Assembly (NCBI GenBank): GCA_964187785.1
Contig: OZ076409.1
Span: 30,878,001 to 30,938,000, forward strand
Length of the DNA: 60,000 bases
Source: Amphiscolops sp. MND2022
Taxonomy: Eukaryota
Reading direction: 5' to 3'
Under the pieces are notes generated by a model, which worked only from the letters and a program-made list of their open reading frames with translations, was not told where the DNA came from and did no database searches. The position numbers and the translations under genes are program-made. Within the stretch, counting starts at the first letter, position 1. Each line of letters opens with the position of its first letter. Positions 13,446 to 27,300 of this stretch are shown here, in pieces.

Positions 13446-13923
13446 ATGCCTAAACAGAAATATTCTGGATCTATTTTTATTAAAAGCTTGACTAGTGGCG
13501 AGAGTGTATGGAAGTATAGACCTGCTAAAAATGACGTATTTTGTAAATTATGTTGTATTGCTTTTAATTACGATGATTCTAATGTAAAATGGCAATGCGA
13601 CAGACACTCCACTCGGGAAAAGCACGTGAAACAAGTTCGTTCGAACGCGAAAAGACAGCAGACTCTTTCATTTGCAGCTAATTTGGTCAGTGAAAACCTT
13701 TTTTTACTGATCTTGCAGAGGCGTTTGTTTGTGCTAATATTCCGTTCGAAAAGTCACAAAACCCAGTTTTTAAAGCTTTTTTAGAAAATACTGCCAAATC
13801 AGCACCCGATGAGTGTACCGTACGAAATTCTTACCTGCCATCACTTTTTAAGTATAGTTTGGATATAGTGAAGGACAACATTGGCGATGCCGAATATTTT
13901 GTAATGGAGGATGAAGCTATTGA
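13446..13923 (+). pseudogene. Truncated hAT transposase N-terminus, array copy 4
   Basis: ORF 13446-13784 is near-identical to the other copies. Confidence 0.75.
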
Positions 13924-14946
13924 TGGTTTTTCCTCTACCATTGCCGGCGGTTTCAATAGTTTACCAAAAAAGTTTCACAGTGCCAAAGAACGCAGAAGAG
14001 GGGACTTTTTGGGTTTTCTCATTGTCCAGTTGGGCGCAGAAAATCAAAACACCTTTCGCGACATCAAAAAGTTTCGGAAAAAATGTCTCCCAATGCCGAA
14101 AAAAACAGTAAAGCCCATCCTTCTGAGCTGTATAGTAACGAAATCGTTGTTAACTATGGTACCTCATGGTGGCACCCTTTGGAAGCACCCGCGAGTGCTG
14201 TTTGGTCAGGTAGGAAGGACTATATATTCTGAAATTCTAATAAATTTTGAAATATATATAAATTCAAATGAGCCCCGATTTCCGGGCTGGCTTTTATCAA
14301 AACGCATGTAGCATTTCGTTCATTTTACATTGTAGTAAACTTTGGAAATAGAACGTTTTCTTTGCTGGTGCTGTTCCATCTAGTTCGCCACTGACTTAAT
14401 ACGAATGAATTGAATTCTGATGGCGAATAATTCAGCCTTTTGTCACTAGGGTAAAAACGGGAAAATCTTTTCACGCTAGCTTCTAGGAAACTTGCTTCAC
14501 TGGAGGGTCGGCAGAGTACGGATTGATGACTGTAGTGTACCAGATCGTCATTTTCCTTTAACTTCATTGCAAAATTGATGGGGGGTTGAAGCGAACGAGT
14601 GTTAATCATTCGTTCGCCGAGAGCTTCGCCTGCATTCAAATGCTAAGGCGAAACTTCGTCCACGCTTAGTGGTTACATTACTGTTATGAGAAGAATTAAC
14701 TCGGATTGGAGGTTGAACTCGGAATGGAGGATCCATCCAAAAATCCGGTGCTTAAACTTTAAACACTGGCTACGGACTTTGCGCCAAAACTTCGCACGCA
14801 TTGTGCCTGTGACTGCATTCCAGCATGTTTCAAAACATGCTTGAGTCTCTTTCACCCAATCGTGTCCCCAGTGGGATAAAGAGGCCACACAAGAAAACAG
14901 GAAAAACGGAAATTTTACTCTCATATTTTTGATGTTTTGGTCCCGT

Positions 14947-15430
14947 TTTTTAGTCGGTGTTTTCGAAGAAAATCCCGACTCTTACAGTGGCTACTTTTTT
15001 TCATCAGTTCAACGCGATCGGTTTACTTTTTTTGTTCATTTGTTCAACTTCTTGGCCGACTAATTTTCTGATGTCTGAGAAGCAGGAAGGCGTGGGTTCG
15101 ATTCTCGCACTAAATCACATTTTTTTGCTTCAAAAGTATAGTCGAGACCAAAGGGTCCCCCATTTGCGGTTTTTTCGGCACTATGCGACATTTTTGCGAA
15201 AAGTTTTTTAATTTTATCAAAGCGTACCCCTTTGAGATTTTTGAAGATTTCGGTTTGTAAAAAACGTTTTTTGAGCCTAAAGGGTCTGTTTTTGGGGTTT
15301 TCGGCAAAATGCGACTTTTTTTACCAAATACTTTTTTTGAAACGAAAAATTTTCTAAATTTTTTCAATTGTTGTTCCCTGAATATTTTTGAGCCTTAGAT
15401 ATGGCGCCGACTTGGGCCGTTCCCGGCTTG
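14947..15430 (+). mobile_element. Helentron-like non-autonomous element (HINE/DINE-1-type)
   Basis: Starts T-run+AGTCGG...CCGACT (5' foldback) and ends GCGCCGACT + GCCG-TTCC-CGGC hairpin. A paralogous empty site (ggtcccgttttctc) lies at 56943-56956. Confidence 0.75.
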
Positions 15431-16781
15431 CTCGATTTTGGAGACACCCAGTCAACAATCTTTGAAAATGCGTGCAATGCGATGTAATATTGCCTGAAAA
15501 TCCTATTAAAGAGTTTTCTTTACCATACCGTCAGCTGGTGCCTTTTGAAGTTTGCAGATCTTAAGTGGTGCAAATACGTACCACGATGGTAGTTAGTGTT
15601 AAATGTCTCGAAAGGGTCCCCCTTCAATATTTTTGACAGTTCGCAACAGAATACATGTTGAAAAATCCGAAAGGGTCTTTTTTTACCGCCCCAGGGCCCG
15701 CGTTAGCCGTACCCCGGCGCGCCAATTCAGTCCAAGGCTTGGGATTTTCGATAACTAAAATAGATTTCTTGACACCTTGCCTCTGCAGCTTTTGAGCCTC
15801 AGATATGGCGCCAACTTATGCCGTTTCCGGCTTGTTGATCTGCTCATGGAAAGCTTTCTCACACCGGAGTCCGGATTATGGCGAGAACTCACTATCTCAC
15901 CTTTTTTTTACGCACTTTTACCTCATTGTCAATTTCACGCACCAAATTCATTTTATGCGCACATTTCAGGTAATTGTGCTAACCCTAAATTTTTTTTCCA
16001 AATGTTTTCAAATGTTGTACCTTGAATAGTTTTGAGCCTTAGATATGGCGCCGACTTGGGTTGTTCCCGGCTTGTTCGATTCTGGAGACATCCACTCAAC
16101 AATCTGTGAAAATGTGTGCAATGCGATGTAATTTTGCCTGAAAATCTTATTCAAGAGTTTTCTTTCCCATACGGTCAGCTGGTGCCTTTAGAAGTTTGCA
16201 GATCTTAAGTGGGGCAAATAAGTACCACGATGGTTATTAGTGTTAAATGTCTCGAAAGGGTCCCCCTTCAATATTTTTGACAGTTGGCAACAGAATACAT
16301 GTTGAAAAATCCGAAAGGGTCTCTTTTTAACGCCCCAGGGCCCGCGTTAGCCGTACCCCGGCGCGCCAATTCAGTCCAAGGCTTGGGGTTTTCGATAACT
16401 AAAATAGATTTCTTGACACCTTGCCTCTGCAGCTTTTGAGCCTCAGATATGGCGCCAACTTATGCCGTTTCCGGCTTGTTGATCTGCTCATGGAAAGCTT
16501 TCTCACACCGGAGTCCGGATTATGGCGAGAACTCACTTTCTCACCTTTTTTACGCACTTTTACCTCATTGTCAATTTCACGCACCAAATTCATTTTATGC
16601 GCACATTTCAGGTAATTTATGGTGGGAAAATAGATGAAAGCCATTGTTCAGCATCAAAGAGGAAAATAGATGTAAGCTTTTGTTTGCTTTTCCTAAAGAG
16701 GACGCAATTATTGGCCGTCATTATTAGAGGACCTTCATTATTGAATTTTTTTCGCTAGTTTTGTTTACTTTGTTGATAATA

Positions 16782-17866
16782 ATGCCTAAACAGAAATATT
16801 CTGGAATTATTTTTATTAAAAGCTTGACTGATGGCGAGAGTGAATGGAAGTATAGACCTGCTAAAAATGACGTATTTTGTGAATTATGTCGTATTGGTTT
16901 TAATTACGATGATTCTAATGTAAAAAGGCAATGCGACAGACACTCTACTCCGGAAAAGCACGTGAAACAAGTTCGTTTGAACGCGAAAAGACAGCAGACT
17001 CTTTCATTTGCAGCCAATTTGGTCAGTAAAAACCCTTTTTCACTGATCTTACAGAGGCGTTTGATTGTGCTAATATTCCGTTCGAAAAGTTGCAAAACTC
17101 AGTTTTTAAAGCATTTTTAGAAAATAATATTGCCCGATCAGCACCCGATGAGTGTACCGTACGAAAATCTTACCTGCCATCACTTCTTTAGAATAATTAG
17201 GATATAGTAAAAGACAACATTGGCGATGCCGATTATTTTGTAATGGTGGATGAAGCTATTGATCCCTGTGACCGCTTCTTGGTGGCATTACTAATTGGAC
17301 GAATGGATTCAGTCGAGAAGCCATACCTTATAGAATTGCAAGACGTGCCCAAAAGCGACGACTAACCATCTGCCAATTAGTAAATAAAACCCTTCATTCT
17401 TTCTTTTCATCAAATATGAATTACGACAGATTCAGACATTTTGTAACTGATGGTGCAAGTTATATGGAAAAAGCAGCTTCTGATCTGAAAAGTTTTTATA
17501 CTAATATAATGCACGTAACGTGTCTTGCTCATGATGTACAAATGGTTGCGGAGCTCGTGATTACAAAAAACGCCGTTGCCAGTAAATTCGTATCAGCTGC
17601 TGAAAAGCTGTTTAAGGGCTGTTTAAGCAGCTTACGGCATTGCCCTTACCACCTAGACACGTACAGACCCTCTGGAATACATGGCTTTTTGCGGCATTCT
17701 ACTATTATGAGCACTACGATTCCTTCCACCAGTTTTTATTTGCCCTGGAGAAGAAATGCAAAACCCTGAGATGGTCAATAATTTGATTGACCAAATGAGT
17801 AATATGGAACTACAGACTCAATTGGCTTTTATAGCCGGCAATTTTAAGCCTATTTCGGATGCTATA
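16782..17866 (+). pseudogene. hAT transposase 5' part (zinc finger and catalytic region), frameshifted
   Basis: FCELC...CDRHSTPEKH finger; YFVMVDEAID; FVTDGASYMEKA; HVTCLAH (CxxH motif). Confidence 0.8.
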
Positions 17867-18229
17867 TGTCATGATACAATCATGATACCTTTACAAAAAT
17901 TCGATGACAGAATGTACTTAGCCAATAAATGCTGTGGACCAATCAGAGGCTGACAACACCGAGATGGATGGCGATACAACGAAGTGGTCGAACATAAGAA
18001 CAGAAGATAACTTTCTCAATCTTAAGAACACTCGCTTTAACTGTTGTAAATAGTATTTCTCAGTTGTGACTTCTCTTCAATTTTTCTTCAACAATAAAAC
18101 TAATTTCTTCAATAACACTTTATTCACTCTGAGTAAAGGAAAATAACCCAGGCTAAATCTCAAGTATAAAACGATACAAAATGTTCTTTTCAAAATTCAT
18201 AGTCCTTCGCTCGGACCAACCTCATGACA
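17867..18229 (+). repeat. 5' LTR of env-carrying Gypsy element
   Basis: Direct repeat of 40344-40706, roughly 27 mismatches by eye (~92-93% identity); TG...CA ends with an 8-bp inverted repeat. Confidence 0.93.
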
Positions 18230-18242
18230 TGATGACAGGAGT
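18230..18242 (+). promoter_or_regulatory. Degenerate primer-binding site (tRNA-Leu-like)
   Basis: TGATGACAGGAGT directly after the LTR; 2 mismatches to TGGTGTCAGGAGT, the complement of a tRNA-Leu 3' end. Confidence 0.55.
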
Positions 18243-18340
18243 CTCTTTTCCTGTTCACTCAGTTCTCCTGAATGACTGAAACACGACGACCTCTGATTAA
18301 AACATAGCTATGTTCTATTCTTAAATTTGAATATTTCTAC

Positions 18341-21300
18341 AAAACTCAGCCAAAAAGCTGCAGAAAAACTCCACTTTAATTTGCTTCTTGACAATACAAT
18401 TTCTCTTCACATAAATTCCAAATGGCCGCCATTTAACCCTTCGTTAATCTACATCTTCAAAGGCACAGAAAAGGAAAACCTTAATGAATTCCCGCGACAA
18501 CTTGAAAGTTGCATTCAAGTTGCCGGTGTACCCGATGCTGATCGACATAGATATTTTCACCTTCATCTAAAAGGAGGTGCACTTACTTTTTTCGACCAAG
18601 AAGAAGCAGCAACTCGAGATGATTACAATCAAGCTGTAGCAGCCCTACGTGACAGATACCAAAAGGATCAGAGAATCCAGCTACAAAAGCTACTTTTCAA
18701 TTCGCGCAAAATGGAAGTCTCCCAGGAAAGCGCTCAGGATTTTCTCACAGAGTTACAACGATTGGTTTTGGAAGCCTACCCCCAACGTTTTAGCAAGAGC
18801 AGCTGCAGGAGGACGACCTGCAGTAGCAGCAGAAAACCGTGCTCAAGAAAGAACACGACGAGTGAGAGAAGCATTCATTAATAGAATTCCTATCAAACTC
18901 AAACGTTTTTAATGACTCAACCAGATGAAACCCCAATTGAGTAGTTATGCGCCAAAGCTTCGAGCCGAATGATTGTGGATCGTCTTTACCCGGAAGGTGA
19001 CGACACCGCCTTCAATGAACTCCGAAATTTCTCAACCAAAGATCTCCTCCCTGGAATTCATGAGTTGTCAAAAGCACAAGATGTTCTCAACTAAGAAACT
19101 GGAAAACTGTCCACAGAATTGCAAGAATTGACCAAAACCTTGCAACCAACCATCAATCAGCTAACTACGGCTCAACCTACAAACAATAATAACCACAAGA
19201 GCAAAAACAACAACTACTACAAAAACAGGCAACAAAACTGGAACAAAAACAACGGTCCTCGTGGAAACAACCCTCAGAACTGGAAAAACAATCAGCAGAA
19301 TTGGAAAAAACAATAATATCAATCAGCAAAATTGGCGACCACCAAATCCTAATTGGCAAAACCAGAAACCCAACTGGAATCAACAACGAAACAACAACAC
19401 CGCGCAATCTAGCCAGAAATACTGTAATTACTGCAACAAGTTCGGACACATACTTTCACAATGGTTTCGTCCACAACAACATCAACTTCCAGCTCCACCC
19501 TATACACAATACTCTGCCGAACTTCACAGCCCCGCAACCTATGATGCAGCCTCAGCCGATGGTACCCATCACTCAAATGCCGCCATATTAGTCACCCCAC
19601 TATGATGCAAATCAACAAGCATCCAATCCAAAAAACTAAGTGGGCCACACATTGCCCATATTTCTCCTTCTCTATCTACTAATATGACTAACTCTTCACC
19701 CTTTATAAACATCCTTTCCTCAAAGCCTCGCACTTCATTCTTTTCTGTACCACTTAATTTCTCTTTTCCAGTCAAAGCTTTAATCGATCCAGATGCTTTT
19801 CAAGTGCCATGCCCATAACCATATTCCAAAAACTACAACGTCTTTGTCCAAAAGCATAACGGACAAAAATCCAGCAACTAGCTCCGTAAAAGTGGCAAAT
19901 GGTGACTCTGTAACCACCTTTGGTACTTTTCGAGCTTCTTTTAAAATTGCAGGTGAATCTTTCACTGAAACTTTTATTTTAATGCAAACCATGAACCAAA
20001 CAATTTTGGGACTACCATTTTTTGAGAAAAATGATGTTTCTATTCACCCTAGAACAAGAACGCTTAAACTACCCAATTTGACTTTACAACTGACCGAACG
20101 GATACATAAAGATGGAAAAGTAAGTTCTCTCACTCCGAAGAAAAATTTTTTCTGACACTCTGTTCAAAATTACTCGGTACAACCGAATACATCCGAAATA
20201 ATCGCTTGTTCTCTCTCAGCTGAATCCTTCTCTGAAGGAACAGTAGCTATCGTAGAACCGAATCCGCGTTTCGAAAAACACACAGGACTTTGCGTTACCA
20301 GCGCAATTGTCAAACTGAACGACCAAAAACAAGTTTCCCTTGGGATACTTAATATCTTGCCATACAAAGTAACAGTTACAAAAAATGTTCCTGTTGCGAA
20401 AGTAACCATCTTTACAGCCAAACAAGCTCAATACTTGCACCCTATCAACCCTGATCTTCTCCTTGACCATTCAACTAAAAGTATCATCGGTCTCATTGAA
20501 GACTCTGAAACCAAAGTATACCCATCAACTGATGAGTTTTGGTTTCCTACTACGCAAAATTGCAAAGACCCAGAAAACCTCACAGGAATTCACAGAAGAA
20601 TTTATGATGAGATCGTTGCTCTAAAAGCACGAGAAAAACTACAACCAGACAAAAATCCAGAAGACCGAAAGAATTTTCTATCACAATTTACGTCGGAAAA
20701 TTCTGTTTTTAACGCTGAACAGATTAATATTGTTGAAACGTTACTTTTAAAATATCACCAAATTTTCGCAAGACATCGCTTAGACATTGGAGCAAATGAA
20801 GAATTTAAAAAGAAACTTACCCCTGAAAATGATAAGCCGATGTATACCCAAGGTCCACCGACCCCGCTCCACTATCGCGATGAAGTCCTAGTGGAATTGG
20901 CACTTTTACAATGTTGGGGAGTGATTGCAACCTTGACGTACTCTAAGTACTCAAGCCCAATTTTTGCCGTTCGTAAAAAACTCAGCCAAAAATCGGCAGA
21001 AAACCTCCACTTTGATTTGCTTCTTGACAATAAAATTTCTCTTCACATAAATTCCAAATGGCCGCCATTTAAACTTTCATTATGCTACAGCCTTTCAAAG
21101 GCACAGAAAAGGAAAACCTCAATGAATTCCTGCGACAACTTGAAAGTTGCATTCAAGTTGTTGTTGTACCCGATGCTGATCGACATAGGTACCTTCACCT
21201 TCATCTAAAAGGAGGTGCACTTACTTTTTTCGACCAACAAGAAGCAGCAGTCCGAGATGATTACAATCAAGCAGTAGCAGCCCTACGTGACAGATACCAC

Positions 21301-24300
21301 AAGGATCAGAGAATCCAGCTACAAAAGCTACTTTTCAATTCGCGCAAAATGGAAGTCTCCCAGGAAAGCGCTCAGGATTTTCTCACAGAGTAACAACGAT
21401 TGGCTTTGGAAGCCTACCCCAACGTTGTAGCAAGAGCAGCTGCAGGAGGACGACCTGCAGTAGCAGCAGAAAATCGTGCTCAAGAACACGACGAGTGAGA
21501 GAAGCATTCAATAATGGAATTTCTTTCAAACTCAAACGTTTTTAATGAATCAACCAGATGAAACCCCAATTGAGTAGTTATGCGCCAAAGCTTCGAGCCG
21601 AATGATTGTGGATCGTCTTTACCCGGAAGATGACGACACCGCCTTCAATGAACTCCGGAATTTCTCAACCAAAGATCTCCTCCCTGGAATTCATGAGTTG
21701 TCAAAAGCACAAGATGTTCTAAACTAAGAAACTGGAAAACTGTCCACAGAATTGCAAGATTTGACCAAAACCTTGCAACCAACCATCAATCAGCTAACTA
21801 CGGCTCAACCTACAAACAATAATAACCACAAGAGCAAAAACAACAACTACAACATAAACAGGCAACAAAACTGGAACAAAAACAACGGTCCTCGTGGAAA
21901 CAACCCTCAGAACTGGAAAAACAATCAGCAGAATTGGAAAAACAATAATATCAATCAGCAAAATTGGCGACCACCAAATCCTAATTGGCAAAACCAGAAA
22001 CCCAACTGGAATCAACAACGAAACAACAACACCGCGCAATCTAGCCAGAAATACTGTAATCACTGCAACAAGTTCGGACACATACTTTCACAATGGTTTC
22101 GTCCTTTCGTCCACAACAACATCAAGTTCCAGCTCTACCCTATACACAATACTCTGCGCCGAACTTCACAGCCCCGCAACCTATGATGCAGCCTCAGCCG
22201 ATGGTACCCATCACTCAAATGCCGCCATATTAGTCACCCCACTATGATGCAAATCAACAAGCATCCAATCCAAAAAACTAAGTGGGCCACACATTGCCCA
22301 TATTTCTCCTTCTCTATCTACTAATATGACTAACTCTTCACCCTTTATAAACATCCTTTCCTCAAAGCCTCGCACTTCACTTTTCTGTACCACTTAATTT
22401 CTCTTTTCCAGTTAAAGCTTTAATCGATACAGGTGTTTTTTCAAGCGCCATGCCCATAACCATATTCCAAAAACTACAACGTCTTTGTCCAAAAGCATAA
22501 CGAACAATAATCCAGCAACTAGCTCCGTAAAAGTGGCAAATGGTGACTCTGTAACCACCTTTGGTACTTTTCGAGCTTCTTTTAAAATTGCAGGTGAATC
22601 TTTCACTGAAACTTTTCTTTTATGCAAACGATGAACCAAACAATTTTGGGACTACCATTTTTTGAGAAAAATGATGTTTCTATTCACCCTAGAACAAGAA
22701 AGCTTAAACTACCCAATTTGACTTTACAACTGACCGAACGGATACATAAAGATGGAAAAGTAAGTTCTCTCACTCTGAAGAAAAATCTTTTCTGACACTC
22801 TGTTCAAAATTACTCGGTACAACCGAATAGATCCGAAATAATCACTTGTTCTCTCTCAGCTGAATCCTTCTCTGAAGGAACAGTAGCTATCGTACAACCG
22901 AATCCGCGTTTCGAAAGACACACAGGACTTTGCGTTACCAGCGCAATTGTCAATCTGAACGACCAAAAACAAGTTTCCCTTGGGATACTTAATATCTTGC
23001 CATACAAAGTAACAGTTATAAAAAATGTTCCTGTTGCGAAAGTAACCATCTTGACAGCCAAACAAGCTCAATACTTGCACCCTATCGACCCTGATCTTCT
23101 CCTTGACCATTTAACTAAAAGTATTAACGGTCTCATTGAAGACTCTGAACTCAAAGTATACCCATCAACTGATGAGTTTTGGTTTCCTACTACGCAAAAT
23201 TGCAAAGACCCAGAAAACCTCACAGGAATTCACAGAAGAATTTATGATGAGATCGTTGCTCTAAAACCACGAGGAAAACTACAACCAGACAAAAATCCAG
23301 AAGACCGAAAGAAATTTCTATCACAATTTACGTCGGAAAATTCTGTTTTTAACGCTGAACAGATTAATATTGTTGAAACGTTACTTTTAAAATATCACAC
23401 AATTTTCGCAAGACATCGCTTAGACATTGGAGCAAATGAAGAATTTAAAGTGAAACTTACCCCTGAAAATGATAAGCCGATGTATACCCAAGGTCCACCG
23501 ACCCCGATCCACTATCGCGATGAAGTCCTAGTGGAATTGGCACTTTTATAATATTGGGGAGTGATAACAACCTTGACCTACTCTAAGTACTCAAGCCCAA
23601 TTTTTGCCGTTCGTAAAAAACTCAGCTAAAAATCTGCAGAAAACCTCCACTTTAATTTGCTTCTTGACAATAAAACTTCTCTTCACATAATTTCCAAATG
23701 GCCGCCATTTAATCTTTCGTTAATCTACAGCCTTTCAAAGGCCCAGAAAAGGAAAACCTTAATGAATTCCTAAGACAACTTGAAAGTTGCATTCAAGTTG
23801 CTGTTGTACCCGATGCTGATTGACATAGATACCTTCACCTTCATCTAAAAGGAGGTGCACTTACTTTTTTCGACCAACAAGAAGCAGCAGTCCGAGATGA
23901 TTACAATCAAGCAGTAGCAGCCCTACGTGACAGCTACCAAAAGGATCAGAGAATCCAGCTACAAAAGCTACTTTTCAATTCGCGCAAAATGGAAGTCTCC
24001 CAGGAAAGCGCTCAGGATTTTCTCACAGAGTTACAACGATTGGCTTTGGAAGCCTACCCCAACGTTGTAGCAAGAGCAGCTGCATGAGGACGACCTGCAG
24101 TAGCAGCAGAAAATCGTGCTAAAGAACACGACGAGTGAGAGAAGCATTCATTAATGGAATTCCTTTCAAACTCAAACGTTTTTAATTACTCAACCAGATG
24201 AAACCCCAATTGAGTAGTTATGCGCCAATCTTCGAGCCGAATGATTGTGGATCGTCTTTACCCGGAAGATGACGACACCGCCTTCAATGAACTCCGGAAT

Positions 24301-27300
24301 TTCTCAAACAAAAATCTCCTCCCTGGAATTCATGAGTTGTCAAAAGCACAAGATGTTCTCAACTAAGAAACTGGAAAACTGTCCACAGAATTGAAGGAAT
24401 TGACCAAAACCTTGCAATTAACCATCAATCAGCTAACTACGGCTCAACCTACAAACAATAATAACAACAACAGCAAAAACAACAACTACAACAGAAACAG
24501 GCAACAAAATTGGAACAAAAACAACGGTCCTCGTGGAAACAACCCTCAGAACTGGAAAAACAATCAGCAGAATTGGAAAAACAATAACATCAATCAGCAA
24601 AATTGGCGACCACCAAATCCTAATTGGCAAAACCAGAAACCCAACTGGAATCAACAACGAAACAACAACACCGCGCAATCTAGCCAGAAATACTGTAATT
24701 ACTGCAACAAGTTCGGACACATACTTTCACAATGGTTTCGTCCACAACAACATCAACTTCCAGCTCTACCCTATACACAATACTCTGCGCCGAACTTCAC
24801 AGCCCCGCAACCTATGATGCAGCCTCAGCCGATGGTACCCATCACTCAAATGCCGCCATATTGGTCACCCCACTATGATGCAAATCAACAAGCATCCAAT
24901 CCAAAAAACTAAGTGGGCCACACATTGCCCATATTTCTCCTTCTCTATCTACTAATATGACTAACTCTTCACCCTTTATAAACATCCTTTCCTCAAAGCC
25001 TCGCACTTCACTCTTTTCTGTACCACCTAATTTTTTTTCCAGTCAAAGCTTTAATCGTTACAGGTGCTTTTTCAAGCGCCATGCCCATAACCATATTCCA
25101 AAAACAACCTTTTTGTCCAAACGCATAACGGACAATAATCCAGCAACTAGCTCCGTAAATGTGGCAAATGGGGACTCTGTAACCACCTTTGGTACTTTTC
25201 GAGCTTCTTTTAAAATTGCAGGTGAATCTTTCACTGAAACTTTTATTTTAATGCAAACCATGAACCAAACAATTTTGGGACTATCATTTTTTGAGAAAAA
25301 TGATGTTGCTATTCACCCTAGAACAAGAGCGCTTAAACTACCCAATTTGACTTTACAACTGACCGAACGGATACATAAAGATGGAAAAGTAAGTTCTCTC
25401 ACTCTGAAGAAAAATCTTTTCTGACACTCTGTTCAAAATTACTCGGTACAACCGAATACATCCGAAATAATCACTTGTTCTCTCTCAGCTGAATCCTTCT
25501 CTGAAGGAACAGTAGCTATCGTAGAACCGAATCCGCGTTTCGAAAAACACACAGGACTTTGCGTTACCAGCGCAATTGTCAAACTGAACGACCAGAAACA
25601 AGTTTCCCTTGGGATACTTAATATCTTGCCTTACAAAGTAACAGTTACAAAAAATGTTCCTGTTGCGAAAGTAACCATCTTGACAGCCAAACAAGCTCAA
25701 TACTTGCACCCTATCAACCCTGATCTTCTCCTTGACCATTTAACTAAAAGTATTAACGGTCTCATTGAAGACTCTGAAACCAAAGTATACCCATCAACTG
25801 ATGAGTTTTGGTTTCCTACCCTGGAAAATTGCAAAGACCCAGAAAACCTCACAGGAATTCACAGATGAATTTATGATGAGATCGTTGCTCTAAAAGCACG
25901 AGAGAAACTACAACCAGACAAAAATCCAGAAGACCGAAAGAAATTTCTATCACAATTTACGTGGGAAAATTCTGTTTTTAACGCTGAACAGATTAATATT
26001 GTTGAAACGTTACTTTTAAAATATCACCAAATTTTCGCAAGACATCGCTCAGACATTGGAGCAAATGAAGAATTTAAAGTGAAACTTACCCCTGAAAATG
26101 ATAAGCCGATGTATACCCAAGGTCCACCGACCCCGATCCACTATCGCGATGAAGTCCTAGTGGAATTGGCACTTTTACAATATTGGGGAGTGATAACAAC
26201 CTTGACGTACTCTAAGTACTCAAGCCCAATTTTTGTCGTTCGTAAAAAACTCAGCCAAAAATCGGCAGAAAACCTCCACTTTAGTTTGCTTCTTGACAAT
26301 ACAATTTCTCTTCACATAAATTCCAAATGGCCGCCATTTAACTCTTCGTTAATCTACATCTTCAAAGGCACAGAAAAGGAAAACCTTAATGAATTCCCGC
26401 GACAACTTGAAAGTTGCTTTCAAGTTGCTGTTGTACCCGCTGCTGATCGACATAGATACCTTCACCTTCATCTAAAAGGAGGTGCACTTACTTTTTTCGA
26501 CCAACAAGAAGCAGCAGTTCGAGATGATTACAATCAAGCAGTAGCAGCCCTACGTGACAGATACCAAATTGATCAGAGAATCCAGCTACAAAAGCTACTT
26601 TTCAATTCGCGAAAAATGGAAGTCTCCCAGGAAAGCGCTCAGGATTTTCTCACAGAGTTACAACGATTGGCTTTGGAAGCCTACCCCAACGTTGTAGCAA
26701 GAGCAGCTGCAGGAGGACGACCTGCAGTAGTAGCAGAACATCGTGCTCAAGAACACGATGAGTGAGAGAAGCATTCATTAATGGAATGCCTATCAAACTC
26801 AAACGTTTTTAATGACTCAACCAGATGAAACCCCAATTGAGTAGTTATGCACCAAAGCTTCGAGCCGAATGATTGTGGATCGTCTTTACCCGGAAGATGA
26901 CGACACCGCCTTCAATGAACTCCGGAATTTCTCAACCAAAGATCTCCTCACTGGAATTCATGAGTTGTCAAAAGCACAAGATGTTCTTAAGCAAGAAACT
27001 GGAAAACTGTCCACAGAATTGCACGAATTGACCAATACCTTGCAACCAACCATCAGTCAGCTAACTACAGCTCAACCTACAAACAAAAATAACAACAACA
27101 GCAAAAACAACAACTACAACAAAAACAGGCAACAAAACTGGAACAAAAACAATGGTCCTCGTAGAAACAATCCTCAGAACTGGAAAAACAATCAGCATAA
27201 TTGGAAAAACTATAATAACAATCAGCAAAATTGGCGACCACCAAATCCTAATTGGCAAAACCAGACACCTAACTGGAATCAACAACGAAAAAACAACACC

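Larger units (their letters stand above)
6781..16508 (+). repeat. Complex tandem array of transposon-derived modules (Helentron-like 3' ends, piggyBac-like MITE end, hAT 5' end)
   Basis: Recurrent ORF translations (MSRKGPPSLF..., MARTHFLTFF..., MPKQKYSG...). hAT left end recurs at ~7545, 8190, 9539, 10183, 11825, 13173 and 15865; unit lengths vary from ~0.3 to 2 kb. Confidence 0.92.

Noticed and set aside
6781..16508. CRISPR-like array
   Set aside because: The repeats are hundreds of bp with no unique spacers, there are no cas genes, and the context is eukaryotic.
20357..21208. Novel pol-gag fusion proteins (also 26079-26765)
   Set aside because: They are read-through across tandem-duplication junctions.
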